Below, one piece after another: positions 36,191-45,669 of a stretch of DNA of 64,000 nucleotides (positions within the stretch are counted from its first letter, which is position 1; each line of letters begins with the position of its first letter). The position numbers were made by a program, and so were the translations under genes. The notes below the pieces were generated by a model. It had not been told where the DNA came from, did no database searches, and saw nothing but the letters and a program-made list of their open reading frames with translations. The stretch is from an uncultured Bacteroidales bacterium. Its GTDB lineage: Bacteria > Bacteroidota > Bacteroidia > Bacteroidales > JAFGXI01. The DNA is taken from positions 1,425-65,424 of the forward strand of contig CAMZKE010000045.1 in the NCBI GenBank assembly GCA_947311115.1. Direction: 5' to 3'.

Positions 36191-36606
36191 ACGCTAAGAA
36201 TATAATATCACGCGAAGAACGCTAAGAACCGCGAAGAAAAATATTGCGAGCTTTGCGTTTAATCTTTGCGTACTTTGCGAGAAAATAAAATAGAAATAGA
36301 AATATCACGCGAAGAACGCGAAGAACCGCTATGAACTGCTAAGAAAAACATTGCGAGCTTTGCGTATAATCTTTGCGTATTTTGCGAGAAAATAAAAAGA
36401 AATATAAATATCACGCGAAGAACGCTAAGAACCGCGAAGAACGCTAAGAAAAACATTGCGAGCTTTGCGTATAATCTTTGCGTACTTTGCGAGGAAATAA
36501 AATAGAAATAGAAATATCATGCGAAGAACGCTAAGAACCGCTAAGAACGCTAAGAAAAACATTGCGAGCTTTGCGTATAATCTTTGCTAATTTTGTGAGA
36601 AAAAAA
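36191..36606 (+). repeat. array A: four tandem ~97-106-bp structured repeat units upstream of the GxxExxY gene
   Basis: Units start with ATATCACGCG at 36205, 36302, 36408 and 36514. Each has CGC[GT]AAGAA 9-mers followed by TTGCGAGCTTTGCGTATAATCTTTGCGTACTTTGCGAG. Confidence 0.9.
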
Positions 36607-36639
36607 TATAAACATTGTGATAAATTAAAAAGATAAATA

Positions 36640-37017
36640 ATGACAGAAAATCAAATCTCATATGAAATAATTGGTGCTGCATTAGAAATTCATAAAACTG
36701 TTGGACCGGGATTATTAGAATCAGCTTATGAAAGTGCATTAGCTTTTGAATTAAATGAAATGGGATTCGATGTAAAACAACAGTTGCCTATGCCATTTAT
36801 TTACAAAGATGTAGAACAAGATGTGGGGTATCGCATTGATTTATTAGTAGATGATAAAGTAATAATTGAACTAAAATCAGTTGCTAATTTAGCGGAAGTG
36901 CATTTTGCTCAAACATTGACATATTTACGATTATCGGGTAAAAAGTTGGGATTATTAATTAACTTTAACGAGAAATATTTAAAAAATGGGATTCATCGGA
37001 TTGTAAATAATCTGTAA
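36640..37017 (+). CDS. GxxExxY protein (PD-(D/E)XK nuclease-like family)
   Basis: GPGLLESAYESAL (GxxExxY), RIDLLVDDKVIIELKSV (D...ExK) and LLINFN match the TIGR04256-type family as I remember it. Confidence 0.8.
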   Translation: MTENQISYEIIGAALEIHKTVGPGLLESAYESALAFELNEMGFDVKQQLPMPFIYKDVEQDVGYRIDLLVDDKVIIELKSVANLAEVHFAQTLTYLRLSGKKLGLLINFNEKYLKNGIHRIVNNL

Positions 37018-37040
37018 TTAGTGTAGAGTAAGTAAAAACC

Positions 37041-37283
37041 TTACGCACAACATTAATAAATACATAGCGAGGAAATAAAAAGAAATAGAAATATCACGCT
37101 AAGAACGCTAAGAATCGCAGAGACCGCTAAGAAAAACATTGCGAGCTTTGCGTGTAATCTTTGTGTACTTTGCGAGAAAAGAAAGATAAGGATATCACGC
37201 AGAGAACGCTAAGAACCGAGAAGAATGCTAAAATAACTTTGCGTACTTTGCGTGTAATCTTTGCGAACATTGCGAGAAAAGAA
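37041..37283 (+). repeat. array B: two units plus a partial unit of the same repeat, upstream of the acyl-CoA synthetase-like gene
   Basis: ATATCACGCTAAGAACGCTAAGAATCGCAGAGACCGCTAAGAAAAACATTGCGAGCTTTGCGTGTAATCTTTGTGTACTTTGCGAG, and so on. Confidence 0.9.
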
Positions 37284-37310
37284 ACTAAATAAAAAAATAA
37301 AACAAAAAAT

Positions 37311-39368
37311 ATGATAACAAAAGAATTAATATCTCCAAAAAGTATAGTAGTAGTAGGAGGAACTGATAATATTCACGCTCCGGGAGGAAAAGTTTTAAAA
37401 AACCTATTAGATGGTAATTTTGCAGGTGATTTGTATGTTGTAAATCCCAAAAAAGATGAAATACAAGGTTTAAAAGTACATCATAATGTTGAAGAATTGC
37501 CTAATGTTGATTTAGCGATAATGGCTATTGCTGCAAAGTTTATTCCTGATACAGTAAAAACATTAACCGAGCAAAAATTTACAAAAGGGTTTATTATTCT
37601 TTCAGCAGGTTTTTCAGAGGAAAATGAAGAAGGTGCAAGGCTTGAAGCACAAGTAGTTGAGCAAATAAATAAATACGATGGTTCGTTAATTGGTCCAAAT
37701 TGTATAGGTGTGTTAAATACTAATTATAACGGTGTTTTCACCACTCCAATACCTAGTTTAGATCCAAAAGGAGTTGATTTTATTTCAGGTTCAGGAGCTA
37801 CAGCAGTATTTATAATGGAAAGCGGTGTGCCAAAAGGTTTAACATTTAATTCAGTTTATTCTGTTGGTAATTCTGCACAACTTGGAGTTGAAGAAGTTTT
37901 AGAATATCTTGATGAAACTTTTGATGTAGAAACTTCGTCGCTAGTGAAACTGCTTTATATTGAAGATATTGATAAACCTGAGAAACTACTTAAACACGCA
38001 TCATCGTTAATTAGAAAAGGTTGTAAAATTGCTGCAATTAAATCGGGTGGCTCTGAGGCAGGTAGTCGTGCAGCAAGCTCTCATACAGGTGCTTTGGCAA
38101 GCCCTGATGTGGCTGTAGATGCACTATTTAAAAAATCAGGTATTGTGCGTTGTCATTCGCGTGAGGAACTTACAACGGTGGCTTCTGTATTTATGCACCC
38201 TCAACTTACAGGGAAAAATATAGCCGTAATTACTCATGCAGGAGGTCCGGCAGTAATGCTTACCGATACGCTTTCTAACAATGGTTTAGACGTTCCACAT
38301 ATTGAAGGCGAAAAAGCTGATGAATTGGTTACAAAACTGTTTCCGGGTTCGTCGGTGGCAAATCCAATTGACTTTTTAGCAACTGGTACAGCAGAGCAAT
38401 TAGGCGATATTATTGATGCCGTAAATAACGATTTTGATAATATTGATGCGATGGTTGTAATTTTTGGTAGCCCTGGACTTTTTCCTGTTTACGATGTTTA
38501 CGATTTGCTTGATGAGAAAATGAAAAACAGTAGAAAACCTATCTATCCTGTTTTACCTTCGGTAGTTAATGTTGCTGATGAGATTAAACATTTTCTTGCA
38601 AAAGGTAGAATTAATTTTCCTGATGAGGTGTTGCTAGGCGAGGCTTTGGCAAAAGTATATAATAATTCTAAACCAGTTGAAGAGAATATTCAGTTACCGG
38701 AAATTGATAAAACTAAAATACGTTCAATTATTGATACTTGCGATAATGGTTATATTAATTCTGAAAAAATGATGGGATTGCTTGATGCTGCCGGAATTAG
38801 TAGAGCAGGAGAGGCTGTTGTAACAACTAAAGAGGAAGCTGTAGAACGTGCAAATGCACTTGGCTTACCTGTTGTTATGAAGGTTGTAGGACCTATTCAT
38901 AAGTCTGATGTTGGAGGTGTTGTTTTAAATGTAAATGACAATCAAACTATAGTTGCTGAGTTTGAACGAATGATGCAAATAAAAGATACAACTGCTATAT
39001 TAATTCAGCCAATGCTTTCGGGTACAGAACTTTTTGTAGGTGCAAAACGTGAAGATAAATTCGGGCATATGGTACTTTGCGGTTTAGGTGGTATTTTTAT
39101 TGAAGTTTTAGAAGATGTACAGGCTGGTTTAGCACCGCTTTCGCTTGATGAAACTTACAGCATGATACAAAATTTAAATAGCTATGGCATTATTAAAGGG
39201 GCTAGAGGACAGGAAGGTGTAAACGAAGATATGTTTGCTGAAATTGTTCAACGTGTTGCCGCATTAGTAAGCGTTGCTCCCGAAATTTTTGAAATGGACT
39301 TAAATCCACTTTTGGGAAGTAAAGACAAGGTTATTGCTGTTGATGCCAGAATTCGTATTGAAAAGTAA
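37311..39368 (+). CDS. acetate--CoA ligase family protein (ADP-forming acyl-CoA synthetase; CoA-binding plus ATP-grasp domains)
   Basis: 685 aa. N-terminal CoA-binding PKSIVVVGGTDN...GPNCIGV, a His-loop-like SSHTGALAS, and a C-terminal ATP-grasp region. Confidence 0.75.
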   Translation: MITKELISPKSIVVVGGTDNIHAPGGKVLKNLLDGNFAGDLYVVNPKKDEIQGLKVHHNVEELPNVDLAIMAIAAKFIPDTVKTLTEQKFTKGFIILSAGFSEENEEGARLEAQVVEQINKYDGSLIGPNCIGVLNTNYNGVFTTPIPSLDPKGVDFISGSGATAVFIMESGVPKGLTFNSVYSVGNSAQLGVEEVLEYLDETFDVETSSLVKLLYIEDIDKPEKLLKHASSLIRKGCKIAAIKSGGSEAGSRAASSHTGALASPDVAVDALFKKSGIVRCHSREELTTVASVFMHPQLTGKNIAVITHAGGPAVMLTDTLSNNGLDVPHIEGEKADELVTKLFPGSSVANPIDFLATGTAEQLGDIIDAVNNDFDNIDAMVVIFGSPGLFPVYDVYDLLDEKMKNSRKPIYPVLPSVVNVADEIKHFLAKGRINFPDEVLLGEALAKVYNNSKPVEENIQLPEIDKTKIRSIIDTCDNGYINSEKMMGLLDAAGISRAGEAVVTTKEEAVERANALGLPVVMKVVGPIHKSDVGGVVLNVNDNQTIVAEFERMMQIKDTTAILIQPMLSGTELFVGAKREDKFGHMVLCGLGGIFIEVLEDVQAGLAPLSLDETYSMIQNLNSYGIIKGARGQEGVNEDMFAEIVQRVAALVSVAPEIFEMDLNPLLGSKDKVIAVDARIRIEK

Positions 39369-39386
39369 TAAATATTTATAATAACA

Positions 39387-39457
39387 ATTTGTCATTCTGA
39401 ACAGAGCGAAAAATTTATGATATATCAGATTATTTACTATCGTTCAGAATGACAAAT
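39387..39457. terminator. 16-bp-stem palindrome between convergent genes
   Basis: ATTTGTCATTCTGAAC (39387-39402) pairs with GTTCAGAATGACAAAT (39442-39457); 39-nt loop. Confidence 0.6.
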
Positions 39458-39464
39458 ATTACTG

Positions 39465-42380
39465 TTAATTAAAACTAATTTCATCGGCAAAAATATAAGC
39501 TTTATTGCCCTCACCTAAATGTCCTTTTGGACAAATATTGTGGTTTTTGGCAAAAACTTTTATGTATTTTACTTTTTTAGGATAAAATTGAGTTTCAAAA
39601 GTTTTAATTTGTACTGTATAATTTAATTTATCAATATTGTTATTGATTTTTCCGACAGGAGCAAAGTATTTATTATCGTTTGATACCCAAAATTCTACAT
39701 AGTCAGGCATAAATATCCAGGAACGTGCATCTTGAATAAAATTAATGCTAAGTTTTGTGAGTTTTGTTGGTTTGCCTAAATCAATTACGGCTTCTAAATC
39801 ATCGTAATAATAAGCTTGCCAAACACCTGTTTTAAAATTTTCGGTACCTGTTAATCCATCAATTAAAGCATCATTTCCTCCAGCAGAATATTGTTCTTGG
39901 TATTTGTTTTTTATTTTTATTGATATATTTTTATCTATTTTAAAAAACTCACCTTCAACCGTTTTACTACTTTTGCCATTTTTTTCTGCTCTAATATTTA
40001 TATTACACTTTTCGTAAATAGAAAATGGTTTTGTGTATTCTTTTTCATTGTCATCATTAATTGAATAAAATATTTTTGCATCTGTTTCGGCATCAATTTT
40101 TATAATAGTTGAGTCTTTAAAAGTTCTTTTGCAACCATCAAAAGTTGGTAACGCTACAATTATGTTGTCCGAAATTAATGAGTTTGGTAAATCTTTTTTT
40201 GAAAACGAAATATTCTTGGTTTTATCCATCACGAAAGTGAGTTTTCCACCTTTTACAATATCGCTATACATAATATATGCTTTATTATATTTTTTACCAT
40301 TAAGCATTATTTCTTTAATAACAGTATTTGTTGCGTTATCGCCGGTTTTTTCAATAATAAATTGTTTCCCGTTTTCAAGATTTATTTTTATTTCATCAAA
40401 TTGTGGCTTGCCAAAAACATACTCGCCATTTGCAGGATTAACAGGGTAAAAACCCATACAAGAAAATACGTACCAAGCCGACATTTGTCCGCAATCTTCG
40501 TTTCCGCAAAGACCATTGGGTTGGTCGCTATATAGCTCATCAATAATACGTTGAACATATTTTTGTGTTTTCTTAGGTTTGTTTACAAAATTATATAAGT
40601 ATGCCATATGATGACTTGGTTCGTTTCCGTGAGCATATTGCCCTATAAGCCCTGTTATATCGGCTTGTTTACGTCCTTTTGTTTGTGTTGATGCGGAGAA
40701 TAAATTATCTAACTGTTTTTCAAATTGTGCATTGCCTCCCATCATATTTATTAGAGTGTAAATATCTTGTGGAACATAAAAACTGTATTGCCATGAGTTT
40801 GCTTCGGTAAAATTAAAATCTACTTCCGATGGGTCGAAAGGCTGTTTCCATGTTTCGTTGAGTTTAGGACGCATATAACCAATGTTTTTATCAAAAATAT
40901 TTTTGTAAGATTGTGCACGTTCGGTAAAGCGATTATAAATGCTATCTTCACCTGCTTTTTTAGCTATTTGTGCAATACACCAATCATCGTAAGCATATTC
41001 AAGAGTTTTTGAAACAGATTCGGCATCGTCTTTAATAGAGATGTAACCGTTTGTTTTATAAGATTTAAGCCCTAAATGATTTTGATTTGCCGATGTTAAC
41101 ATCATTTGTAAAAGTGTATCGGCAGCTATGTTAGTTAAACCTTTTAAATATGCGTCGGTAATAACCGGAATTGCGTGATATCCAATCATACAACCTGTGT
41201 AATTTCCTGCAAGCTCCCATATGGGAAGAATACCACCTGTTTTGTATTGATTTTGCATTGTTTGAATAAATTTACCGGTTTTTTCGGTCTGCAAAATTGT
41301 GTAAAGTGGGTGAGTAGCTCTGTATGTGTCCCATAGTGAGAAAACTGTATATTGGTCGGTGTTAAAATAATGTATTTCTTGGTCCATACCTCTATATTTA
41401 CCATCAATATCTGAAAATAAATTAGGAACAATAAAATTGTGATATAGTGCAGTGTAAAAGGCTGTTTTTTTAGATGTATTGTTGTCGGTAATTGTTATTT
41501 TATTTAATTCTTTACGCCATCTATTTTGGTTTTCTGTTTTTATTTTATCGAAATTCCAAGTTTGGTTTTCGTTGTATAGGTTGTTTTTTGCACCTCGTAT
41601 GTCAACGGCAGATAATCCGACACGAACTAAAAGCTCTTTGTTTTTTAGGGTGTTAAATTGTACTGATGCAACAATATCGGTTGATTTTAAATTGTTTGTT
41701 GTAATTATTTTACCTTCTGATTTTACTTTTAATGTGTCAATTTTTTGTGAAAATTCTATATAAAAATATACAAATTGTTTTTTTGCCCAAGCCGATGATA
41801 TTCGGTAACCTTCGATGGTTGAGTCGTTTACTAAGTGAATAAATGCGTCTAAAACTTTGTCGCGATGATTTAAATCGAGAACTATTTTATTATTATTTGT
41901 TTGTGCGAATTTATATTTGTGAAACCCTGTACGTGGAGTTGTAGTAAGTTCAACAAAAATATTGTGTTTGTTTAGTTTTACTGAATAATATCCTGCTTGG
42001 GCAGTTTCGTTATTGTGTGAAAATGATGATGAATATTCATTGTTATTATAAACAGCTTTTCCTGTTGTTGGCATTAATAGTATATCTCCATAATCTGAAA
42101 CACCGGTTCCACTTAGGTGGGTGTGCGAAAAACCATAAATTATACTATCAGAGTAGTGATATCCGGAACAACCATCCCAACCTTCAATACGTGTATCGGG
42201 GCTTAGTTGTACCATTCCAAATGGTGATGTTGCTCCAGGGTAAGTGTGTCCGTGCCCAGCAGTGCCAATAAATGGGTTTACATATTGTAATACATCGGTG
42301 TTTTTATTTGTTTCTTCTTTTTTTGTGCTACACGAAAATAGCATTGCTAATGATAGTATTAATAATATTTTTGTTCTCAT
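39465..42380 (-). CDS. GH92-family alpha-mannosidase with additional C-terminal carbohydrate-binding-like domain
   Basis: 971 aa. VNPFIGTAGHGHTYPGATSPFGMVQLSPDT and SHTHLSGTG are the characteristic GH92 N-terminal motifs. Lipoprotein-type signal sequence. Confidence 0.85.
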   Translation of the reverse strand: MRTKILLILSLAMLFSCSTKKEETNKNTDVLQYVNPFIGTAGHGHTYPGATSPFGMVQLSPDTRIEGWDGCSGYHYSDSIIYGFSHTHLSGTGVSDYGDILLMPTTGKAVYNNNEYSSSFSHNNETAQAGYYSVKLNKHNIFVELTTTPRTGFHKYKFAQTNNNKIVLDLNHRDKVLDAFIHLVNDSTIEGYRISSAWAKKQFVYFYIEFSQKIDTLKVKSEGKIITTNNLKSTDIVASVQFNTLKNKELLVRVGLSAVDIRGAKNNLYNENQTWNFDKIKTENQNRWRKELNKITITDNNTSKKTAFYTALYHNFIVPNLFSDIDGKYRGMDQEIHYFNTDQYTVFSLWDTYRATHPLYTILQTEKTGKFIQTMQNQYKTGGILPIWELAGNYTGCMIGYHAIPVITDAYLKGLTNIAADTLLQMMLTSANQNHLGLKSYKTNGYISIKDDAESVSKTLEYAYDDWCIAQIAKKAGEDSIYNRFTERAQSYKNIFDKNIGYMRPKLNETWKQPFDPSEVDFNFTEANSWQYSFYVPQDIYTLINMMGGNAQFEKQLDNLFSASTQTKGRKQADITGLIGQYAHGNEPSHHMAYLYNFVNKPKKTQKYVQRIIDELYSDQPNGLCGNEDCGQMSAWYVFSCMGFYPVNPANGEYVFGKPQFDEIKINLENGKQFIIEKTGDNATNTVIKEIMLNGKKYNKAYIMYSDIVKGGKLTFVMDKTKNISFSKKDLPNSLISDNIIVALPTFDGCKRTFKDSTIIKIDAETDAKIFYSINDDNEKEYTKPFSIYEKCNINIRAEKNGKSSKTVEGEFFKIDKNISIKIKNKYQEQYSAGGNDALIDGLTGTENFKTGVWQAYYYDDLEAVIDLGKPTKLTKLSINFIQDARSWIFMPDYVEFWVSNDNKYFAPVGKINNNIDKLNYTVQIKTFETQFYPKKVKYIKVFAKNHNICPKGHLGEGNKAYIFADEISFN

Positions 42381-42398
42381 ATTCTTTTGTTTTATTTT

Positions 42399-42700
42399 TT
42401 TCTCGCAAAGTACGCAAAGATTACACGCAAAGCACGCAAAGTTATTTTATCGTTCTTCTCTGTTCTTGTCGTTTTCTGCATTATTTTTATCTTTTTTTTC
42501 TCGCAAAGTACGCAAAGATTATACGCAAAGCACGCAATATTTTTCTTAGCGTTCTCTGCGATTCTTAGCGTTCTCTGCGTGATATTTTTATTTATCTTTT
42601 TTTCTCGCAAAGTACGCAAAGATTATACGCAAAGCTCGCAATATTTTTCTTAGCGTTCTCTGCGTGATATTTTATTCTTCTTTTATTTCTCGCAAAGTTT
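42399..42700 (-). repeat. array C: three units plus a partial unit of the same repeat, inverted, upstream of the GH92 gene
   Basis: TTCTCGCAAAGTACGCAAAGATTA starts at 42399, 42498 and 42602 (partial copy at 42687). This is the reverse complement of the array A/B units. Confidence 0.9.
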
Positions 42701-42712
42701 TATTTTTATTAT

Positions 42713-43642
42713 TTAATCCATTATCATGGCAGCAGCACCCAAAAGTCCTGCATTTTTATCTATTAATTTTGAAGGTAGAATTTCTACTGTATTTTTAAAT
42801 ATCTTCAACATATTATTGTTCATTGCATTTTCGGTAGCAGGAATAATTAGAGAGTGAGCTTTGGCTAATCCACCGGATAAAAATACTGCTTCTGGGCTAA
42901 ATAATGCAGTATAATCGGCAATTGCTTTACCAAGTATTTCTCCTGTAAATTCGATTGACTTAATAGCTACTTCATCGCCACTTAATGCTGCGGAGTATAT
43001 ATCTTTTGCTTCAAAGTTATTAATTTTTGATAGCACAGAATTTGATTGTTTAAGTATTTGGTTCGCTGTTTTAACAATGCCTGTTGCCGATGCGTAAGTT
43101 TCTAAACAGCCATTGCGTCCGCATCCACATTCTCTACCGTTTTCTTTTATTATTATATGTCCAAATTCGCCTGCAAATCCGGTTGAACCGTAAAGCATTT
43201 CGCTATTGACAACAATGCCTGAACCAAGTCCTGTGCCAAGAGTAATTACCACAAAATTTTTCATTAGTTTGGCATCGCCATATATCATTTCGGCGTAAGC
43301 TGCCGCATTTGCATCGTTTGTAAGTTTTGTATTTAATCCTATATTTTCTCTAAATAGTTTCGCAAGAGGAATAACTTCGTCCCAACCTAAGTTTGGTGCA
43401 AATTCAATGTTTCCTGTAAAATAATTTCCGTTTGGAGCTCCAATACCAATACCTAAAATATTATTGTAATTTTTATTTTCATCAATAATAATAGGAGCAA
43501 TATAATCGGCAAACTCTTTACCTGTTTTAAATTTGTTTGTTTTGTAATTTATTTGATTTAAAATTTTGCCATCAGAATTTACCCATGCAATTTCTATATT
43601 AGTTCCGCCAATGTCAATTCCTATTGAAATTTTATTTCTCAT
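42713..43642 (-). CDS. ROK-family sugar kinase
   Basis: GIDIGGTN, and CGCGRNGCLETYAS zinc motif. Confidence 0.85.
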   Translation of the reverse strand: MRNKISIGIDIGGTNIEIAWVNSDGKILNQINYKTNKFKTGKEFADYIAPIIIDENKNYNNILGIGIGAPNGNYFTGNIEFAPNLGWDEVIPLAKLFRENIGLNTKLTNDANAAAYAEMIYGDAKLMKNFVVITLGTGLGSGIVVNSEMLYGSTGFAGEFGHIIIKENGRECGCGRNGCLETYASATGIVKTANQILKQSNSVLSKINNFEAKDIYSAALSGDEVAIKSIEFTGEILGKAIADYTALFSPEAVFLSGGLAKAHSLIIPATENAMNNNMLKIFKNTVEILPSKLIDKNAGLLGAAAMIMD

Positions 43643-45044
43643 TATTTAGTTTTTTTATTTTATGTCCATAGACTCCGTAAAAAATAATATACATTAGCCC
43701 GATTAATGGTATAATAAATGAAATTTGAATATTGTATGCTTCAATAATATGGCTTTGTATCCACGGAAGTGCGGCACCGCCAACTATTGCCATTACAAGT
43801 AACGATGAACCTTGACTTGTATATTTACCTAAATCTTTAATTGCTAATGTGAAAATATTTGACCAACCAATAGAGAAAAATAGACCCGCTCCGAGTATAG
43901 ACCACATTGCTATTGTGCCGTTTGAAAACATTGCGGTAAGTATTAAACCTACATTAATTATCATAAATATGACTAACGAACGTGCCGGTTTTCCTTTTCC
44001 TATTGCAAAAGCTACTATGCTTAATGCTATGTATATTAGGTATGTGTATATTTTTGAGAAGCTTAGCATTTTGAAATGGAAATAACCATTGCTAAATTTT
44101 ATTGATGTGGCAAAGTAAATAAAAAAGAATACAGTAAGAGCAATCAAAATCATTGAAATATACTTTTTAATAGGCTTAATATTTGCGTTTAGCGATTGAC
44201 TTGCCATTAATCTGCCTATCATTAAACCACCCCAAAAATATGATAAGAAATAGCTTGCTTCGTTTTCTTCCAATCCCATTACGTTCTCATTTTTAAGAAA
44301 TTCAACTATCCAAGTGCCAATAGAAACCTCAGAGCCTACATAAAAGAAAATTGCAAAGATGCCGAATACTAAATGTCTATTTTTAAATATTGCAAAACCT
44401 GTTTCTATTTTATCGTCGTTACGAAAGGCCGGCATTTTAGCAAGTTTTACAAGCAGTGCCATAAGTAAAAAAACAAATCCGTAAATTAGGTAGGTTTTTG
44501 TAACCGCCTCTATTGTTTGCTCACCATTTGAAAACACTTCGTAAATTAAAATTGTGCCAATAATAGGTCCTATTGTTGTGCCAAGTGAGTTAAAACCTTG
44601 TGCTAAGTTTAGACGGCTCGATGCAGTTTCCGGTTTGCCAATTATTGCTGCGTAAGGGTTCGAGCAAATTTGTAAAAGAGTAACTCCTGTAGCAAGAATA
44701 AATAACGAAACTAAAAATGCGTAATATGATGCTAGCATTGCTGCAAAATAAAAGCTGAGACTTCCTGTCCCTGTTATAATAAGGCTGATAATCATGCCAT
44801 TATTATAACCAATTTTATTAATGGGGTCTTTTCCTGATAACGAACTTATTAAAAAATATGTAAGAGAAACAATAAAAAATGCACCAAAAAATGACATTTG
44901 CACAAGTGAACGTTGGGTAGCAGATAAATCGAAAATACTTTGGAAAGTATTAACAAGAATATCGTTCATTACAGTTATGAATCCCCAAAAAAAGAAAAGA
45001 GATATTAAACTTACAAGAGCAACAATATTATTTTTTTTATCCAT
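43632..45044 (-). CDS. sugar MFS transporter (FucP/glucose-galactose type)
   Basis: 470-aa protein with about 12 TM segments, overlapping the downstream kinase gene. Confidence 0.7.
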   Translation of the reverse strand: MDKKNNIVALVSLISLFFFWGFITVMNDILVNTFQSIFDLSATQRSLVQMSFFGAFFIVSLTYFLISSLSGKDPINKIGYNNGMIISLIITGTGSLSFYFAAMLASYYAFLVSLFILATGVTLLQICSNPYAAIIGKPETASSRLNLAQGFNSLGTTIGPIIGTILIYEVFSNGEQTIEAVTKTYLIYGFVFLLMALLVKLAKMPAFRNDDKIETGFAIFKNRHLVFGIFAIFFYVGSEVSIGTWIVEFLKNENVMGLEENEASYFLSYFWGGLMIGRLMASQSLNANIKPIKKYISMILIALTVFFFIYFATSIKFSNGYFHFKMLSFSKIYTYLIYIALSIVAFAIGKGKPARSLVIFMIINVGLILTAMFSNGTIAMWSILGAGLFFSIGWSNIFTLAIKDLGKYTSQGSSLLVMAIVGGAALPWIQSHIIEAYNIQISFIIPLIGLMYIIFYGVYGHKIKKLNNEK

Positions 45045-45102
45045 AAATGTGCTTTGTACAAAGATATAATTTTAGTTGAATTTATGAAATGTGATATGTT
45101 AA

Positions 45103-45669
45103 TTATAAAATATTAGTTATAATTAATTCACAATTGCCTAAAGCATGAATGTTGAATTCATTTCTGCTTTTTGTTATTTCAATAAAATCGCCTTGCTTAG
45201 CAGTTACCTTATCATTTATTTTTATATGGCCTTTGTAAATGTAAATAAAAACGAATTTTGATTGCTTATATGGTGTGTAATTATATTTTTCTGCTTTATT
45301 TATTGTTAAATATGAAAGTTTTGATTTTGTATTATGATCTGTCATAACGTTAAAATCGGTGCATTTTCCAATAGAAGTAGTTTTCCAACTTCCTTCAAAT
45401 TCATCAGTATCAAATTTTTCTAAAATCTTTTTATGATGGTTTTCATGTTCAATTTTAATTTCACCATTAAGAATCATTAATTTTCTTGAAACGTTTGGTA
45501 AAATAGTGAATTCTGATTTCTCTACGTTTATATTTGCGGTGCTAATTCTAAATGAAAAGTCAAGGTCTTTATAATTTTTATTTTTAGGATAAATATATAG
45601 TTGTGTTGTAGTACCTCCAGACCATGTACTCGTACTTTGTTCTTTTGATGTTATAATGTTTATATTCAT
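45103..45669 (-). CDS. HutD/Ves-family cupin protein
   Basis: 188 aa. N-terminal TSTWSGGTTTQLYIYP resembles the HutD W.GG.T.E..I.P pattern. Confidence 0.5.
   Translation of the reverse strand: MNINIITSKEQSTSTWSGGTTTQLYIYPKNKNYKDLDFSFRISTANINVEKSEFTILPNVSRKLMILNGEIKIEHENHHKKILEKFDTDEFEGSWKTTSIGKCTDFNVMTDHNTKSKLSYLTINKAEKYNYTPYKQSKFVFIYIYKGHIKINDKVTAKQGDFIEITKSRNEFNIHALGNCELIITNIL

Noticed and set aside
36191-36606. Possible CRISPR array (regular ~100-bp periodicity)
   Set aside because: The units are contiguous and homologous along their full length, with no unique spacers. No cas genes lie nearby, and the same unit occurs in inverted orientation at 42399-42700.
42244-42653. Four overlapping ORFs (two frames of the + strand and one of the - strand) with repetitive SQSTQRL/RKVRKDYTQ peptides; also 36259..36456
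   Set aside because: These are translation artefacts of the tandem repeat arrays. Several frames are open at once and the peptides simply mirror the DNA repeat.
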